A stretch of DNA of 64,000 nt from an uncultured Ruminococcus sp. (GTDB lineage Bacteria; Bacillota; Clostridia; Oscillospirales; CAG-272): NCBI GenBank assembly GCA_964463375.1, contig CAYXBQ010000003.1, positions 85,221 to 149,220 on the forward strand, written 5' to 3'. Below the pieces are notes generated by a model. The model was not told the DNA's origin and did not search any database. It was given only the letters and a program-made list of their open reading frames with translations. The position numbers were made by a program, and so were the translations under genes. This document shows, in pieces, positions 17,915-28,245 of the stretch. How positions within the stretch are numbered: position 1 is the first letter of the stretch; every line of letters begins with the position of its first letter.

Positions 17915-18763
17915 ATGCCTAAGAAAGCCTTTTTAGAGATCACCAACGCCTGTAACCTGCGCTGCAGCTTTTGCCACGGCACCAAAAGACCCATCCAATA
18001 TATGACAACGCCCGCCTTTTGCCACGCCGCAGGGCAGATCCGCCCCTTTGCCGATTACCTGTACTTCCACCTGATGGGCGAACCGCTCCTGCACCCGCAC
18101 CTGTCCGACTTTCTTGCCATCGCCGGGGAGCTGGGCTTTCGGGTGATCCTGACCACCAACGGCACACTGCTGCCCAAATGTACACCGATCCTGCTGTCTG
18201 CACCGGCACTGCACAAGGTCAGCATCTCCCTCCACGCCTACGAAGCCAACGAAATGGGGATCCCGCTGGAACAATATCTGGACGGCTGCTTCCGCTTTTG
18301 CAGGGATGCTGCTGCACAAGGGATCATCGCCGTCATGCGCCTGTGGAACTTAGGAGGACAAAGCACCGCCAACGAGCAGATCCTTGCCGCCATGCACAAA
18401 TTCTTCGACACCGATGACACGCCCTGGCGGGAGATCTACAGCGGCTACAAGATCCGGGAAAAGGTCTTTTTGGAATGGGGCGAAAGGTTCGATTGGCCGG
18501 ACACCGAGGCCACACCGATCAGCACCCGGCATAGCTGCTATGGCCTGCGAGATCAGTTTGGCGTGCTGGTGGACGGCACCGTAGTCCCCTGTTGCCTGGA
18601 CGCAGAAGGGGCGGCAGCACTGGGCAATCTGTCGGACACCCCCTTAGAGGAGATCCTACAGAGTCCCAGAGCTACCGCCCTCAAGCAGTCGTTTATCACA
18701 AAGCAGATCACCGAACCGCTGTGTCAGCGATGCGGATATGCCGCCATGAAGCAGTATCGTTAA
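17915..18763 (+). CDS. Radical SAM protein with SPASM/Twitch domain
   Basis: CNLRCSFC, GEPLLHP, TTNG, CYG...DGTVVPCC...LGN...CQRC. Confidence 0.92.
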   Translation: MPKKAFLEITNACNLRCSFCHGTKRPIQYMTTPAFCHAAGQIRPFADYLYFHLMGEPLLHPHLSDFLAIAGELGFRVILTTNGTLLPKCTPILLSAPALHKVSISLHAYEANEMGIPLEQYLDGCFRFCRDAAAQGIIAVMRLWNLGGQSTANEQILAAMHKFFDTDDTPWREIYSGYKIREKVFLEWGERFDWPDTEATPISTRHSCYGLRDQFGVLVDGTVVPCCLDAEGAAALGNLSDTPLEEILQSPRATALKQSFITKQITEPLCQRCGYAAMKQYR

Positions 18764-18775
18764 GGCAACGCTGAT

Positions 18776-19993
18776 TTACTTCTGGAAATATTCGATCTCG
18801 CCGTCCTCAACCAGGAACCCGGCAAAACCGGACGCCTCCAGACGATCCAAAAAGCCCTTCATCTTCTTCGGCCGACGGAACAGGGAAACGTCGAATTCCC
18901 CCCGCAGTGCCTCTGCCTTGGGATATACGGAGGCATAATCGGAGTCGTACACATAGGCGATCTTCTTCCGCAGGGCAGCCGAACGCTCCATGTCGGAGAG
19001 GATCCCGAAGATGCGTTCAAAGCCAATGGAGAACCCACAAGCCGCCACATTTTCGCCCACGAACTTGCCGATCAGGTTGTCATACCGGCCGCCGCCAGCC
19101 ACAGAACCACGGAACTTGTCGCTCTTGATCTCGAACACAGTGCCGGTGTAGTAGCCCTGACCACGGACCAGAGAAATATCGAACTCGATGGTGTAGCCGC
19201 CGTCGGACAGTGCCGTAGCGTTTTCGATGATGCTCCGCAGGCCTTCCGTCATGTCTGCACCGACCCGTTCTGCCACAGCGTCAATGGACAGGGGCAGCTC
19301 TGCCAGCACAGATGCAAAGGCATCGATGGCACCCTGGTCGAACTGCTTTTCGGTCAGCTCTGCCAAAACCCCCTCCACGCCGATCTTGTCCAGCTTGTCA
19401 AAGCTGATGCACACAGAGGCAAGCTGCTCCGGTGCAAAGCCGCAGGAGGACAGCAGGGCGTTGAGCACCTTCCGGTCGTTGATCTTCACGGTGAAGGTAC
19501 CGATGTCCAGCCGCTGCAGGGCCTTGGCGGTAACGGTGATCAGCTCCATTTCGCAGGCCGGGCTGTTGTCCCCGATGATGTCGATGTCGCACTGGATGAA
19601 CTCCCGCAGTCTGCCCTTCTGAGGCTGCTCGGCTCTGTACACTCTGTCCATCTGGATGCACTTGAAGGGCAGCTCCAGCTTGGCACGGTTGGCAGCATAA
19701 TACCGGGACAGGGGCAGGGTCAGGTCGTACCGCAGACCCATGTCGGCCAAATTGTCGCCGTTCTCCATGGCCTTGGTCAGCTTTTCGCCCCGCTTCATGA
19801 TCTTGAAGATCAGATTCAGGTTTTCGCCGCCGTCGCTCTTGTCTAAGTTTTCAATATCTTCAATAGCGGGAGTCATGATCCGCCGGAAGCCGTTCTCCTT
19901 GTAGCAGGAGAGGATGGTCTGCTCCATGTGTTCCCGAAGCGCCACCTGCTCCGGCAGATAGTCGTTCGTGCCTTTTACGGATTTAATACGCAT
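18776..19993 (-). CDS. hisS: Histidine--tRNA ligase
   Basis: VKGTNDYLP, LRYDLTLPL, YRAEQPQKGRLREFIQCDID, RGQGYYTG, GGGRYDNL, GFSIGFERI. Confidence 0.96.
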   Translation of the reverse strand: MRIKSVKGTNDYLPEQVALREHMEQTILSCYKENGFRRIMTPAIEDIENLDKSDGGENLNLIFKIMKRGEKLTKAMENGDNLADMGLRYDLTLPLSRYYAANRAKLELPFKCIQMDRVYRAEQPQKGRLREFIQCDIDIIGDNSPACEMELITVTAKALQRLDIGTFTVKINDRKVLNALLSSCGFAPEQLASVCISFDKLDKIGVEGVLAELTEKQFDQGAIDAFASVLAELPLSIDAVAERVGADMTEGLRSIIENATALSDGGYTIEFDISLVRGQGYYTGTVFEIKSDKFRGSVAGGGRYDNLIGKFVGENVAACGFSIGFERIFGILSDMERSAALRKKIAYVYDSDYASVYPKAEALRGEFDVSLFRRPKKMKGFLDRLEASGFAGFLVEDGEIEYFQK

Positions 19994-20076
19994 AATTGAT
20001 ATCCTTTCTCTATATGTCACGGATCCAAAATACCGCATGAATAACGGTACCTGCCGATACAAACAATATCTACATT

Positions 20077-20105
20077 ATTATACCATGTCATAGGAACACT
20101 GTCAA
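20077..20105 (-). promoter_or_regulatory. sigmaA promoter for hisS (short leader, no T-box seen)
   Basis: TTGACA-17bp-TATAAT with extended TG. Confidence 0.85.
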
Positions 20106-20149
20106 GCACAATTTTTTCCAAAACCATCCAGAGAACGAAAGGAGCATTC

Positions 20150-20725
20150 ATGCAGACTTTATACACCCAACTGACCCACTACGTCCCCCAAAACGAGCAG
20201 GAGCAAAGGGATCTGCCCCTGCTGCTGTACCACGTAGCGCATAGCCCCGATATTTTCACCCGCCGAAACGAGGTCGCCCATTTCACCGCCTCTGCCTGGG
20301 TGGTGGATCCCGCCCGCACCCACGTGCTCATGGCGTACCACAAGCTCTATCGTTCCTGGGCATGGCTGGGGGGACACGCCGACGGGGAGACGGATCTGAC
20401 CGTGACGGCACTGCGGGAAGCCAAGGAGGAAAGCGGTCTTGCAGAGGTGAAGCTGTTGTCAAGCGAGCCATTGTCCATCGAGATCCTGCCGGTGAGCGGA
20501 CACGAAAAAAAGGGGATCTACGTCCCCTCCCACCTGCATTTGAACGTGACCTACCTGCTGGAAGCCGATCCCACCGCTCCGATCCGGAACCAACCGGCGG
20601 AAAACAGCAAGGTCGGCTGGATCCCGGTGGAGCAGATCGAGCGGTATTCCACCGAGACATGGTTTTGCAAACGGATCTATCCCAAGCTAAATAGGCGGGT
20701 ACAACGGGAATTTGGCAACGGGTAA
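20150..20725 (+). CDS. NUDIX hydrolase
   Basis: HFTASAW, Nudix box GGHADGETDLTVTALREAKEESG. Confidence 0.92.
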   Translation: MQTLYTQLTHYVPQNEQEQRDLPLLLYHVAHSPDIFTRRNEVAHFTASAWVVDPARTHVLMAYHKLYRSWAWLGGHADGETDLTVTALREAKEESGLAEVKLLSSEPLSIEILPVSGHEKKGIYVPSHLHLNVTYLLEADPTAPIRNQPAENSKVGWIPVEQIERYSTETWFCKRIYPKLNRRVQREFGNG

Positions 20726-20816
20726 AAGCCATACTGCTGTAGTATTTGTGGTTATACACAATGAGAATTATGGAAAACGCACAAAAACGTGGGAGCATAT
20801 TTGGCTGGTTGGTCAA

Positions 20817-20846
20817 TTGACAATGGCGTTGCTGCTGTGCTATACT
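20817..20846 (+). promoter_or_regulatory. sigmaA promoter for the solute-binding protein gene
   Basis: TTGACA-18bp-TATACT with extended TG. Confidence 0.7.
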
Positions 20847-20888
20847 ATACAGTATAGTTATAGGATCGAATACCATTGAGAGGTTTGT

Positions 20889-22382
20889 ATGAAAAATACC
20901 AGGAAACGAATGCTGGCGATTTTGCTCTGTGCCTTACTGCTCACGTCCGGTATCCTCAGCGGCTGTGCAGGAGAAGCAGAGCCGGCAGGGGATACCACAG
21001 CCCAGTCCGATACCACAGCCGGGGATGATGCGGCAACCGAGGAGACCGAATTGACCGACGGACTGGAAGACGTGGATATGGACGGCTTTGAGATGCGGTT
21101 CCTCCATGCCCAGGCCGATCAGATCAACTGGGTCGAGGTGACGCTGGATGCCGGTGCCGATAGCGGCGATATTTTGAACCAGGCGATATTTCTCCGCAAC
21201 GAGTACATACGGGATCGGTTCAACTGCGAGCTCACCTTTGCGGAAATGCCCCATGTGGACATCGATAGCAAATACTACAAGCAGTATGTCATGAGCGGCG
21301 ACGATGCCCACGACATTATCATGCTCAACAATACCCATGTGCTCAACCATGTCACCGATGTGGCCGACCTGAACCACCTTCCCCATGTCCGCTTTGACGA
21401 GGAATGGTGGAATCCCCAGGGCAGCTCTCTGTTCTATATGGATGGCAAACGCCTTGCCGTAGCCGGGAACTATTCGTTGGCGTCCGTTTCTACTGCCAAC
21501 TGTCTGCTGTTCAACAAGGGGATCTATACGGATCTGGGCATTGCCGAAAGCCTGTACGATGTGGTGCGGGAAGGCAAGTGGACCATCGATAAGTACTTCA
21601 GCGTGGCGGCACAGGCGCAAAACGACCTGAACGGCGATGGCACCATGGATGCCAAGGACCGCTACGGCACCACCGGTACGGTCAAATCGCTGCACAATAT
21701 GTTCATCGTAGGGGCAGGACTGAGCTGGGTGGGACAGGACAAGGATGGTTTCCCGGTGTTCGAGCCCTCCACGGATGAAAAATTCGTTTCGTATGTGGAA
21801 AAGATCGTGAATACCGAGATCGCAGACCCCACCATTTACTATATGCCCACCAACGGTATCCACTCCGAGGAGTACCCGATCCGCTTTGAAGAGGGACAGG
21901 CACTGTTCTTCACCTGCTGGCCGAAAAACTTCTTCAAGATCCGGGAGATGGAGTACGAATTTGGCGTAGTACCGGCACCGAAATATGACGAAGCGCAAAG
22001 CAAATATTATGCCAATATGGCAAACGGCGAATTCACCACGCTGCCGCGCACCTACCGAGAAGATCGGCTGGAGAACATGGGGATCCTCTTAGAGGCCATG
22101 AGCTTCTACACCCAGCAGAACGTGATCCCGGTGTATACCGATAAGGTGCTGGATCTGAAGGTGACACGAGACTACGAATCGGCAGAAATGCTGGATCTGG
22201 TGTTCGCCGGTGTGACCTACGACTTTGGCGTAAACGGCTGGGCTACGGATGTCAGCGATAAGCTGATCGAAAAGATCTTCTACGCAAAGTCCACGGCGAT
22301 CGTATCGGAGCTGGTCGCCATCGAGCCTGTGATCCAGTCGAACATCGAAAAGCTGCGGGTAAGCGTCAAGGAAGTGCCGTAA
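20889..22382 (+). CDS. Extracellular solute-binding lipoprotein (carbohydrate ABC type), orphan
   Basis: Lipobox LSGC, acidic T/E linker, LLFNKGI, GKWTID, FEEGQALF, FGVVPAPKYDE. Confidence 0.85.
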   Translation: MKNTRKRMLAILLCALLLTSGILSGCAGEAEPAGDTTAQSDTTAGDDAATEETELTDGLEDVDMDGFEMRFLHAQADQINWVEVTLDAGADSGDILNQAIFLRNEYIRDRFNCELTFAEMPHVDIDSKYYKQYVMSGDDAHDIIMLNNTHVLNHVTDVADLNHLPHVRFDEEWWNPQGSSLFYMDGKRLAVAGNYSLASVSTANCLLFNKGIYTDLGIAESLYDVVREGKWTIDKYFSVAAQAQNDLNGDGTMDAKDRYGTTGTVKSLHNMFIVGAGLSWVGQDKDGFPVFEPSTDEKFVSYVEKIVNTEIADPTIYYMPTNGIHSEEYPIRFEEGQALFFTCWPKNFFKIREMEYEFGVVPAPKYDEAQSKYYANMANGEFTTLPRTYREDRLENMGILLEAMSFYTQQNVIPVYTDKVLDLKVTRDYESAEMLDLVFAGVTYDFGVNGWATDVSDKLIEKIFYAKSTAIVSELVAIEPVIQSNIEKLRVSVKEVP

Positions 22383-22406
22383 AGCGTTTCCCATAAATCA
22401 ACAAAC

Positions 22407-22447
22407 AAAACCAATTCGGTGCAGCAATGCCTGGATTGGTTTTTTTA
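22407..22447 (+). terminator. Intrinsic terminator
   Basis: AAAACCAATTCGG / CTGGATTGGTTTT stem with T7. Confidence 0.75.
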
Positions 22448-22504
22448 TGGCAAAAAAGCTCCCCACAGCACAGAAGACTGTACCATGGGGAACGAATGTA
22501 TCGG

Positions 22505-23953
22505 TTATTCCACAACGAACGTGGTCTCCGGCATCAGAGAAGGCAGCGCACAAAGCTGGATCTTCCGATCGAGATTTCGTACCGTCACCGAGACCGGCGG
22601 GAGGGGCTTGTAGATCCGCTCTGCCTCCGGAATGGAGCTGTCACCGCTGTAGTCGTTGAATACGACAAACGGCCGATCACTGGGCGCATTTTCCACGATC
22701 TGTAGTCCATCGATGGTCACATATTGGGGCAGATAGCAGGTGTAGCCAAAGTCGTGGTTCCCCGGATTGTGGGCCTCGAAAACGCTCCGATTCTGCCCCA
22801 GCGGGTGCCAGATGCAGTTTCGTAGGATCATCTCCCCGTTCCAGGTGCAGCCGTAGTCCACCCGCAGGTTCACCAGCGCATAGCCGTAGGCCTCTGTATC
22901 CTCGATCAGGAACGTGCCGTAGCCGATGGCGTTGAGACACTGCCAGCCCAGCACACACCGGCGCAGGGTACAGTTGGTCACACCCATGTGGGCATCGAAC
23001 CGGGAGAAGTTGCAGTCCTCCAGCACCAGATCCCGACAGAAGTTGGTGCCGATCAGCCCCCAGTAGTGTCTGTCCATAATGTCCGTGGTCTGGGTGCAGC
23101 GAGCCAGCGTCACCGAAGAGGCGTTGGACAAATTGATGTCGTAGGAGCCCATGTCCACCGGCTTTCCGGCAGCACCGATGGTGTTGTAGATGTAGTGCCC
23201 GGTGAACACACAGTCGTGGACATATACCTCAGCACAGCACTGCACCGACAGAAATCCCACATAGGGCGCACCATGGTCGATCTCCCCGGTCACCAAATGG
23301 GTCAGGCCGGAGATCTCCACCCGGCTGCGCTTGACCTGCAAATTCCGGGAGTAGTAGTTGTACTTCGACTCGGCATGGTTGGCGATGGTGGTGAAGGTAC
23401 CGCCCGTGATGGTCAGCACCTCGGTATCCAGCGGCATCGCATACACGTTTGTCACCTGGTCAAAATCGAAGGCAACCGGAGAGGGCAGTGTCCCATCGGC
23501 ACGCAGGATGAAGTTGTCCGTTCGTGCTGTGCCGTTGTCCTGGTTCAGCCCCCAGCGGATGTAGTCCCGATGGTTGGCATTGCGCACCAGCACATACAGG
23601 TCTTCGCCGGTGGGGTTGGCAAGGGTGGTCTGTCCCTGCCGCAGCGATTCGATGGACAGCTCGAGCTCCTCCCGCTTGCTGCTTACCTGGAAGATGGCCT
23701 TGTTTCGACCCTCGAAATCCTGTCCCTCTATGATCCCGCTGTCATCGATGATGAACCGGGCACCGGTCCAGTCGGTATTGGTCTGGATCTGCGCCGTGCA
23801 GCCGTGACCACAGATGTAGTAGGTGGCACCTTCCTTAGCTTTCACCGGCAAAGACCGGGCGTTCGCTTCGGCGTGTGCCTGGACGATGGCGGACATATCG
23901 TCCGTTTTGCCATCGCCTACAGCACCGTACATTTCATATGTGATATATTCCAT
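22505..23953 (-). CDS. Hypothetical right-handed beta-helix (pectin lyase-like) protein
   Basis: N-terminal YEMYGAVGDGKTDD...AI cap motif and beta-helix periodicity. No signal peptide. Confidence 0.7.
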   Translation of the reverse strand: MEYITYEMYGAVGDGKTDDMSAIVQAHAEANARSLPVKAKEGATYYICGHGCTAQIQTNTDWTGARFIIDDSGIIEGQDFEGRNKAIFQVSSKREELELSIESLRQGQTTLANPTGEDLYVLVRNANHRDYIRWGLNQDNGTARTDNFILRADGTLPSPVAFDFDQVTNVYAMPLDTEVLTITGGTFTTIANHAESKYNYYSRNLQVKRSRVEISGLTHLVTGEIDHGAPYVGFLSVQCCAEVYVHDCVFTGHYIYNTIGAAGKPVDMGSYDINLSNASSVTLARCTQTTDIMDRHYWGLIGTNFCRDLVLEDCNFSRFDAHMGVTNCTLRRCVLGWQCLNAIGYGTFLIEDTEAYGYALVNLRVDYGCTWNGEMILRNCIWHPLGQNRSVFEAHNPGNHDFGYTCYLPQYVTIDGLQIVENAPSDRPFVVFNDYSGDSSIPEAERIYKPLPPVSVTVRNLDRKIQLCALPSLMPETTFVVE

Positions 23954-23990
23954 AAAACGATACCTCGTTATAGGAGAGATAAATTTTGGC

Positions 23991-25415
23991 TCAATACAGC
24001 CCTACGAAGGACAGCACCGGGCACACACGGGAGTCGGTGATCCGGATCCGTACCGTGTCGGTGGTCACAGGCGCAAAGCGTTCGATCTTCTGGTAGCCAA
24101 TGGTGGTGCCGTGTGCGATCTCCCGATAGGAGCCGTCGGCTTCCTTCACATCGATGGCGTAGGCTTCCACCCGCTGGCTCATGGGGATGTGTTCCTTGAT
24201 CACCACATGGCTGATGGCCTGAGGCGCATCCAGACGAATGGTCAGCTCCACAGCGTTGTCCCCGTCGAAGGGCTTGTAGTAGCGGTCGTAGCTGTTTTCC
24301 AGCAGGGCATCGGTCAGATGATAGCCGTCGTCCTTGTCTGCCGTGATGGTGGCGTTTTCGGCCAGGTTGTGGGCAAAGGTCTTGCGGATGTATTCGCCCA
24401 TTTCCCGCAGCCGCTGTACGTCCACGTCGCAGAACAGACCACGTCTATCCGGCGGGATGTTGAGCAGCAGCTTGGAGTTGCCGCCAACGGTACGGTACCA
24501 GATGTCCAGCAGGGTCTCGGTGGAACGAACCTTGTCGTCCTCGGTGGCGTGGTAGAACCAACCCGGACGGATGGAGGTATCGGTCTCGGCGGGCTTCCAT
24601 TGCAGGGACAGCGCACCCTCCAGGAATTCCCGGCTGCCTAAGTCGCGCTGCATTTCGTTGATGGTCTTTTCCCGGAAGGAAGTGTCGTCGCTCTGCTGGC
24701 TGTCCTTGGCAACATCCTCGGGAGAAGCAAAGGCGGTGGGCAGTACAGACCATTCGCTGGGTCTGGTGTCCCCGGCTTCGTTGCCGCACCAACGCACGTC
24801 CGGTCCGCAAACCGCAATGCAGGCATCGGGCTGCAGCTGCCGGATCAGGGCATAGTACCGATCCCAGTCGTATACCTGCTTCTTTCCGTTGGGGCCTTCG
24901 CCGCAGGCACCGTCAAACCATACGGTGAAGATGTCTCCGTAGTTGGTCAGCAGCTCGGTCAGCTGGTTGCAGAAATAGTCGTTGTATGCTTCGGTCCCGT
25001 AGAGCTTGCAGTTTCTGTCCCAGGGAGAGAGGTACACACCAAACTTGATCCCGCCACGGTGGCAAGCATCGGAAACCTCCTTGACCACGTCACCCTTGCC
25101 GCCCCGGAACGGACTGTTCTTCACACAGTGCTCCGTGTAGGCAGAGGGCCACAGGCAGAAGCCATCGTGGTGCTTACAGGTCAGGATCAGCCCGCCAATA
25201 CCGGCAGACTTCAGCGCATCCACCCACTGCTCCGCATTCAGCTCGGTGGGATTGAAAATGGATTCCGGTTCGGTACCGTCGCCCCATTCCTTATCGGTAA
25301 AGGTGTTCACCGTAAAGTGTGCAAAGGCGTAGAACTCCATCTGCTCCACGATCATCTGCCGGGGAGAGGGATGGCACTTCACCAGTGTCTTGTCATATTC
25401 GAAATTCGGATACAT
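23991..25415 (-). CDS. Alpha-L-fucosidase GH29 with C-terminal CBM32/F5-8-like domain
   Basis: FAHFTVNTFTDKEWG, TCKHHDGFCLWPS, YLSPWDRN, WFDGA, RWCGNEAG, SIRPGWFYH, LLLNIPPD. Confidence 0.93.
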   Translation of the reverse strand: MYPNFEYDKTLVKCHPSPRQMIVEQMEFYAFAHFTVNTFTDKEWGDGTEPESIFNPTELNAEQWVDALKSAGIGGLILTCKHHDGFCLWPSAYTEHCVKNSPFRGGKGDVVKEVSDACHRGGIKFGVYLSPWDRNCKLYGTEAYNDYFCNQLTELLTNYGDIFTVWFDGACGEGPNGKKQVYDWDRYYALIRQLQPDACIAVCGPDVRWCGNEAGDTRPSEWSVLPTAFASPEDVAKDSQQSDDTSFREKTINEMQRDLGSREFLEGALSLQWKPAETDTSIRPGWFYHATEDDKVRSTETLLDIWYRTVGGNSKLLLNIPPDRRGLFCDVDVQRLREMGEYIRKTFAHNLAENATITADKDDGYHLTDALLENSYDRYYKPFDGDNAVELTIRLDAPQAISHVVIKEHIPMSQRVEAYAIDVKEADGSYREIAHGTTIGYQKIERFAPVTTDTVRIRITDSRVCPVLSFVGLY

Positions 25416-25451
25416 AGTTTTCCTCCAAAAGTAATGTTGATGCGAAACAGA

Positions 25452-26669
25452 TCACCGCTTCCGCAGCAGGTATCTGTCCAGTTTTTCCTTCATGTTGTCG
25501 GGCATCTCCCGCTTCACCGGGCAGGTCACCGCATTGGCCATCCGATCTGCAAAGGCACAGATGAACTGGGTATCGGCCAGCACGTGGGCAGACTTCATGA
25601 CAGCCATGGTGTCGTAGGAATTGTGGATGGTGGCGGTATTGGTGGGCGCACTGCGGGCAAAGGACACAGCCGGGATTCCCTTATCGGCAAAGGGCGTAGA
25701 GTCGCTGGAGTAAATGTCCTGGTAGGTGTAGGACGTGAAGCCCTTTTCCAGTGCCAGATATGCGATGTAGTGAACCAGCTCTACCTCAGAGGTACAGCAG
25801 GCAATGAACTTGCCCATGATGGAGCCGATCATATCGATGTTGATGTTCAGCGCGATCTTAGGCAGCTCCCCTTCATGGGCAGCCACATAGGCCTTGGAGC
25901 CCAGCAGCCCTCTCTCCTCACTGCCGCAGAACACGAACCGCAGGCCGTACCGGTGGGGGTGATCCCGGAAATAGTCCATGATCCCCAAAAGCCCAATGCA
26001 GCCGGACATATTGTCGTAGGCACCCTGAGACAGGGAAGTGGAGTCGTAGTGTGCGGTGAACACGATGGTGTCGGCGATCTCACCGGGCATCTCTGCCACC
26101 ACGTTCCGGGACTGGCCCATGTATTCATCCTGCCGCAGGGTGATCTTCACATGGGATACCCCTTTCTCCACCAGCGCAATGGCGGACTTGGCATTGATGT
26201 TCACGCCGGGGATCTTCTTTCCATCGGTGATATAGGAGCGCAGCTCTCTCTGGTCGATGTCGTAGTCGGCATAGTTGGCGTTGCCATCATAGGTGATGAA
26301 GCCTACCACGCCAGCCTCCACCAGATCCTTGTACATCCACGCACCCAGGTATCCGTCGATCAGCACGATCTTGTCCTTGCACAGGGAAAGGTTGTACTTG
26401 TCCGCATGGGGCAGGTAGAACAGCTCGCCCTCTACCACCCGGCTGCCGGCACACAGGTATCCCTTGCAGGGGATCAGCTCACCGTCGGCTTCTAAGGTAG
26501 CGGTGTGGATGGTGGCCATATCCACCGGGAAGGATTCCAGCTTAGCCTCCACCCCTCTGTCCGCACAGCACTGCCGTAGATATTCTGCACAGGTCAGCTC
26601 CTCTGCACTGCCGCCGGTACGCACATAGGCGGTGTCGGTAAAGATTTTTTGAATTTGTTCGATAGTCAT
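25452..26669 (-). CDS. M28 family metallopeptidase with PA domain
   Basis: TAHYDS, GAYDNMSG, GSEERGLLGS, NIDMIG, SSDSTPF, IHNSYD. Confidence 0.9.
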   Translation of the reverse strand: MTIEQIQKIFTDTAYVRTGGSAEELTCAEYLRQCCADRGVEAKLESFPVDMATIHTATLEADGELIPCKGYLCAGSRVVEGELFYLPHADKYNLSLCKDKIVLIDGYLGAWMYKDLVEAGVVGFITYDGNANYADYDIDQRELRSYITDGKKIPGVNINAKSAIALVEKGVSHVKITLRQDEYMGQSRNVVAEMPGEIADTIVFTAHYDSTSLSQGAYDNMSGCIGLLGIMDYFRDHPHRYGLRFVFCGSEERGLLGSKAYVAAHEGELPKIALNINIDMIGSIMGKFIACCTSEVELVHYIAYLALEKGFTSYTYQDIYSSDSTPFADKGIPAVSFARSAPTNTATIHNSYDTMAVMKSAHVLADTQFICAFADRMANAVTCPVKREMPDNMKEKLDRYLLRKR

Positions 26670-26707
26670 GAAACGATTCCTTTCTGTCGAGTTCTATCGT
26701 TACTATT

Positions 26708-26736
26708 ATTATACCGGAAAATCCACCACATTACAA
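26708..26736 (-). promoter_or_regulatory. sigmaA promoter for the M28-GH29-beta-helix genes
   Basis: TTGTAA-17bp-TATAAT. Confidence 0.65.
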
Positions 26737-26796
26737 CAGCTTTTTGTAAATATACAGCGATGGATTTTTACCATAGCAGAAAAAACGCCATCCCTC

Positions 26797-26825
26797 TTGC
26801 ATCTGCCGGGTAGGTGTGGTACAAT
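26797..26825 (+). promoter_or_regulatory. sigmaA promoter
   Basis: TTGCAT-17bp-TACAAT with extended TG. Confidence 0.7.
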
Positions 26826-26860
26826 ACAGAGTGAAATTCTACCAAAGCTGTGAGGTCATC

Positions 26861-28237
26861 ATGCAAACGAATATTCTCTCCCTGCCCATCCCGGAGGGCA
26901 CACCGCTCTATAAGACCATGTTCCAGGTGCAGGCCGAGGGCTGTGCCGTCGCCCTGTATTCCGATAAGACCTATTGGGACGGCACCGTCAATTTCGGTGT
27001 CTTGGATCTGACCCCCGGTACCGCCGCCCGTGTCACCGTGACACCGCTGTTTTCCTTCCGCTCCGTGCAGATCCTGCCGGAAATGCTGGGTATCGTGCCC
27101 CAGGTCACAGACGGCGTGCTCCGGTTCACCACACCGACCCATCCCACCCAGATCACCATCGTGTTCGATGGTCAGTACAAGGCGGGCAATGTGCTGCACC
27201 TCTTTGTCAATGCCATCACAGAAGCACCGGCTGAGGAGGAAGGCCGGACCCTGCTGACGTTCCCCGCCGGTTTCCACGATGTGCGCACCTCGGAAGGCTA
27301 TGCCATGCCCGTGGGAGACGACACCACCGTGTACCTGGCACCGGGTGCTGTGCTGTACGGCGGGATCCGTGCGGCGGGGAAGAACATCCGGCTCTGCGGC
27401 AGCGGCATGCTCCTGACCGACCGGGACTGCAAAAGCATCTCTTTAGATGCCGTACAATGCGAGAACCTGACCATCGAGAACATCCTCGTCCACTCCCACG
27501 CCCGCAACGGCTGGAACATCCATTTGTATCTTTGCACGGACGTAATGGTGGAGAACTTGAAGGTCCTGTCCACCACCTATGCCTGCACCGACGGGATCGA
27601 TATTTCCAACGGTCAGAACGTGCAGATCCGCAATAGCTTTGTCCGCTCCTGCGACGACAGCATTTCCCTCAAAGGCTTCGACCGAGAACGTCCCTGTGAG
27701 AATATCCACCTGTCCCATATGATCCTGTGGAACGACTGCAACAATTCCATGGTGGTGGGGGAGGAGAGCAAGGCGGCCTACTACCGCAATATTTCCTTCC
27801 GGGACATCGACGTGCTGTTCTCCTACGACGATCCCCAGTACCACGAACAGTTGGACGAACGGGCGGTCATGGGCATCGTACTGCTGGACGGCGTGCCCTG
27901 CAGCGACATTCTATGGGAAAATGTGCGGATCCACAAATGCGAACGCTTGTGCTGCATGGTCTTCCGGGACAGCTTTTGGTTCGGCACGGTAAAGGGGGAT
28001 CAAACGAAAGCCGGCGGCATCGATGGCGTGACCCTGCGGAACATCCGTGTCTTCTGCGACAGCGGCAGCAAGATCGCCGACCAGATCCTGTTCGAAGGCT
28101 ACGACGAGACCAAAAAGGTGCAGAACGTAAGCATCCAGCTCTGCCAGATCATGGGGGTGGAGATCGACGAAAGCTATCCTAAGCTGGTGCAAAACGAATT
28201 TGTGGGGGATGTTGTGGTTTCGAAGACGTTGGTGTAA
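26861..28237 (+). CDS. Beta-helix glycoside hydrolase (GH28-like / GH49-like)
   Basis: LHLFVN, FPAGFH, VYLAPGAVLYG, TDGID, RSCDDSISLK (GH28-type acidic motifs). Confidence 0.8.
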   Translation: MQTNILSLPIPEGTPLYKTMFQVQAEGCAVALYSDKTYWDGTVNFGVLDLTPGTAARVTVTPLFSFRSVQILPEMLGIVPQVTDGVLRFTTPTHPTQITIVFDGQYKAGNVLHLFVNAITEAPAEEEGRTLLTFPAGFHDVRTSEGYAMPVGDDTTVYLAPGAVLYGGIRAAGKNIRLCGSGMLLTDRDCKSISLDAVQCENLTIENILVHSHARNGWNIHLYLCTDVMVENLKVLSTTYACTDGIDISNGQNVQIRNSFVRSCDDSISLKGFDRERPCENIHLSHMILWNDCNNSMVVGEESKAAYYRNISFRDIDVLFSYDDPQYHEQLDERAVMGIVLLDGVPCSDILWENVRIHKCERLCCMVFRDSFWFGTVKGDQTKAGGIDGVTLRNIRVFCDSGSKIADQILFEGYDETKKVQNVSIQLCQIMGVEIDESYPKLVQNEFVGDVVVSKTLV

Positions 28238-28245
28238 GCATAAAG

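Noticed and set aside
19994-20076. T-box upstream of hisS
   Set aside because: The leader is only about 75 nt, with no GGTGGNACCGCG T-box or terminator.
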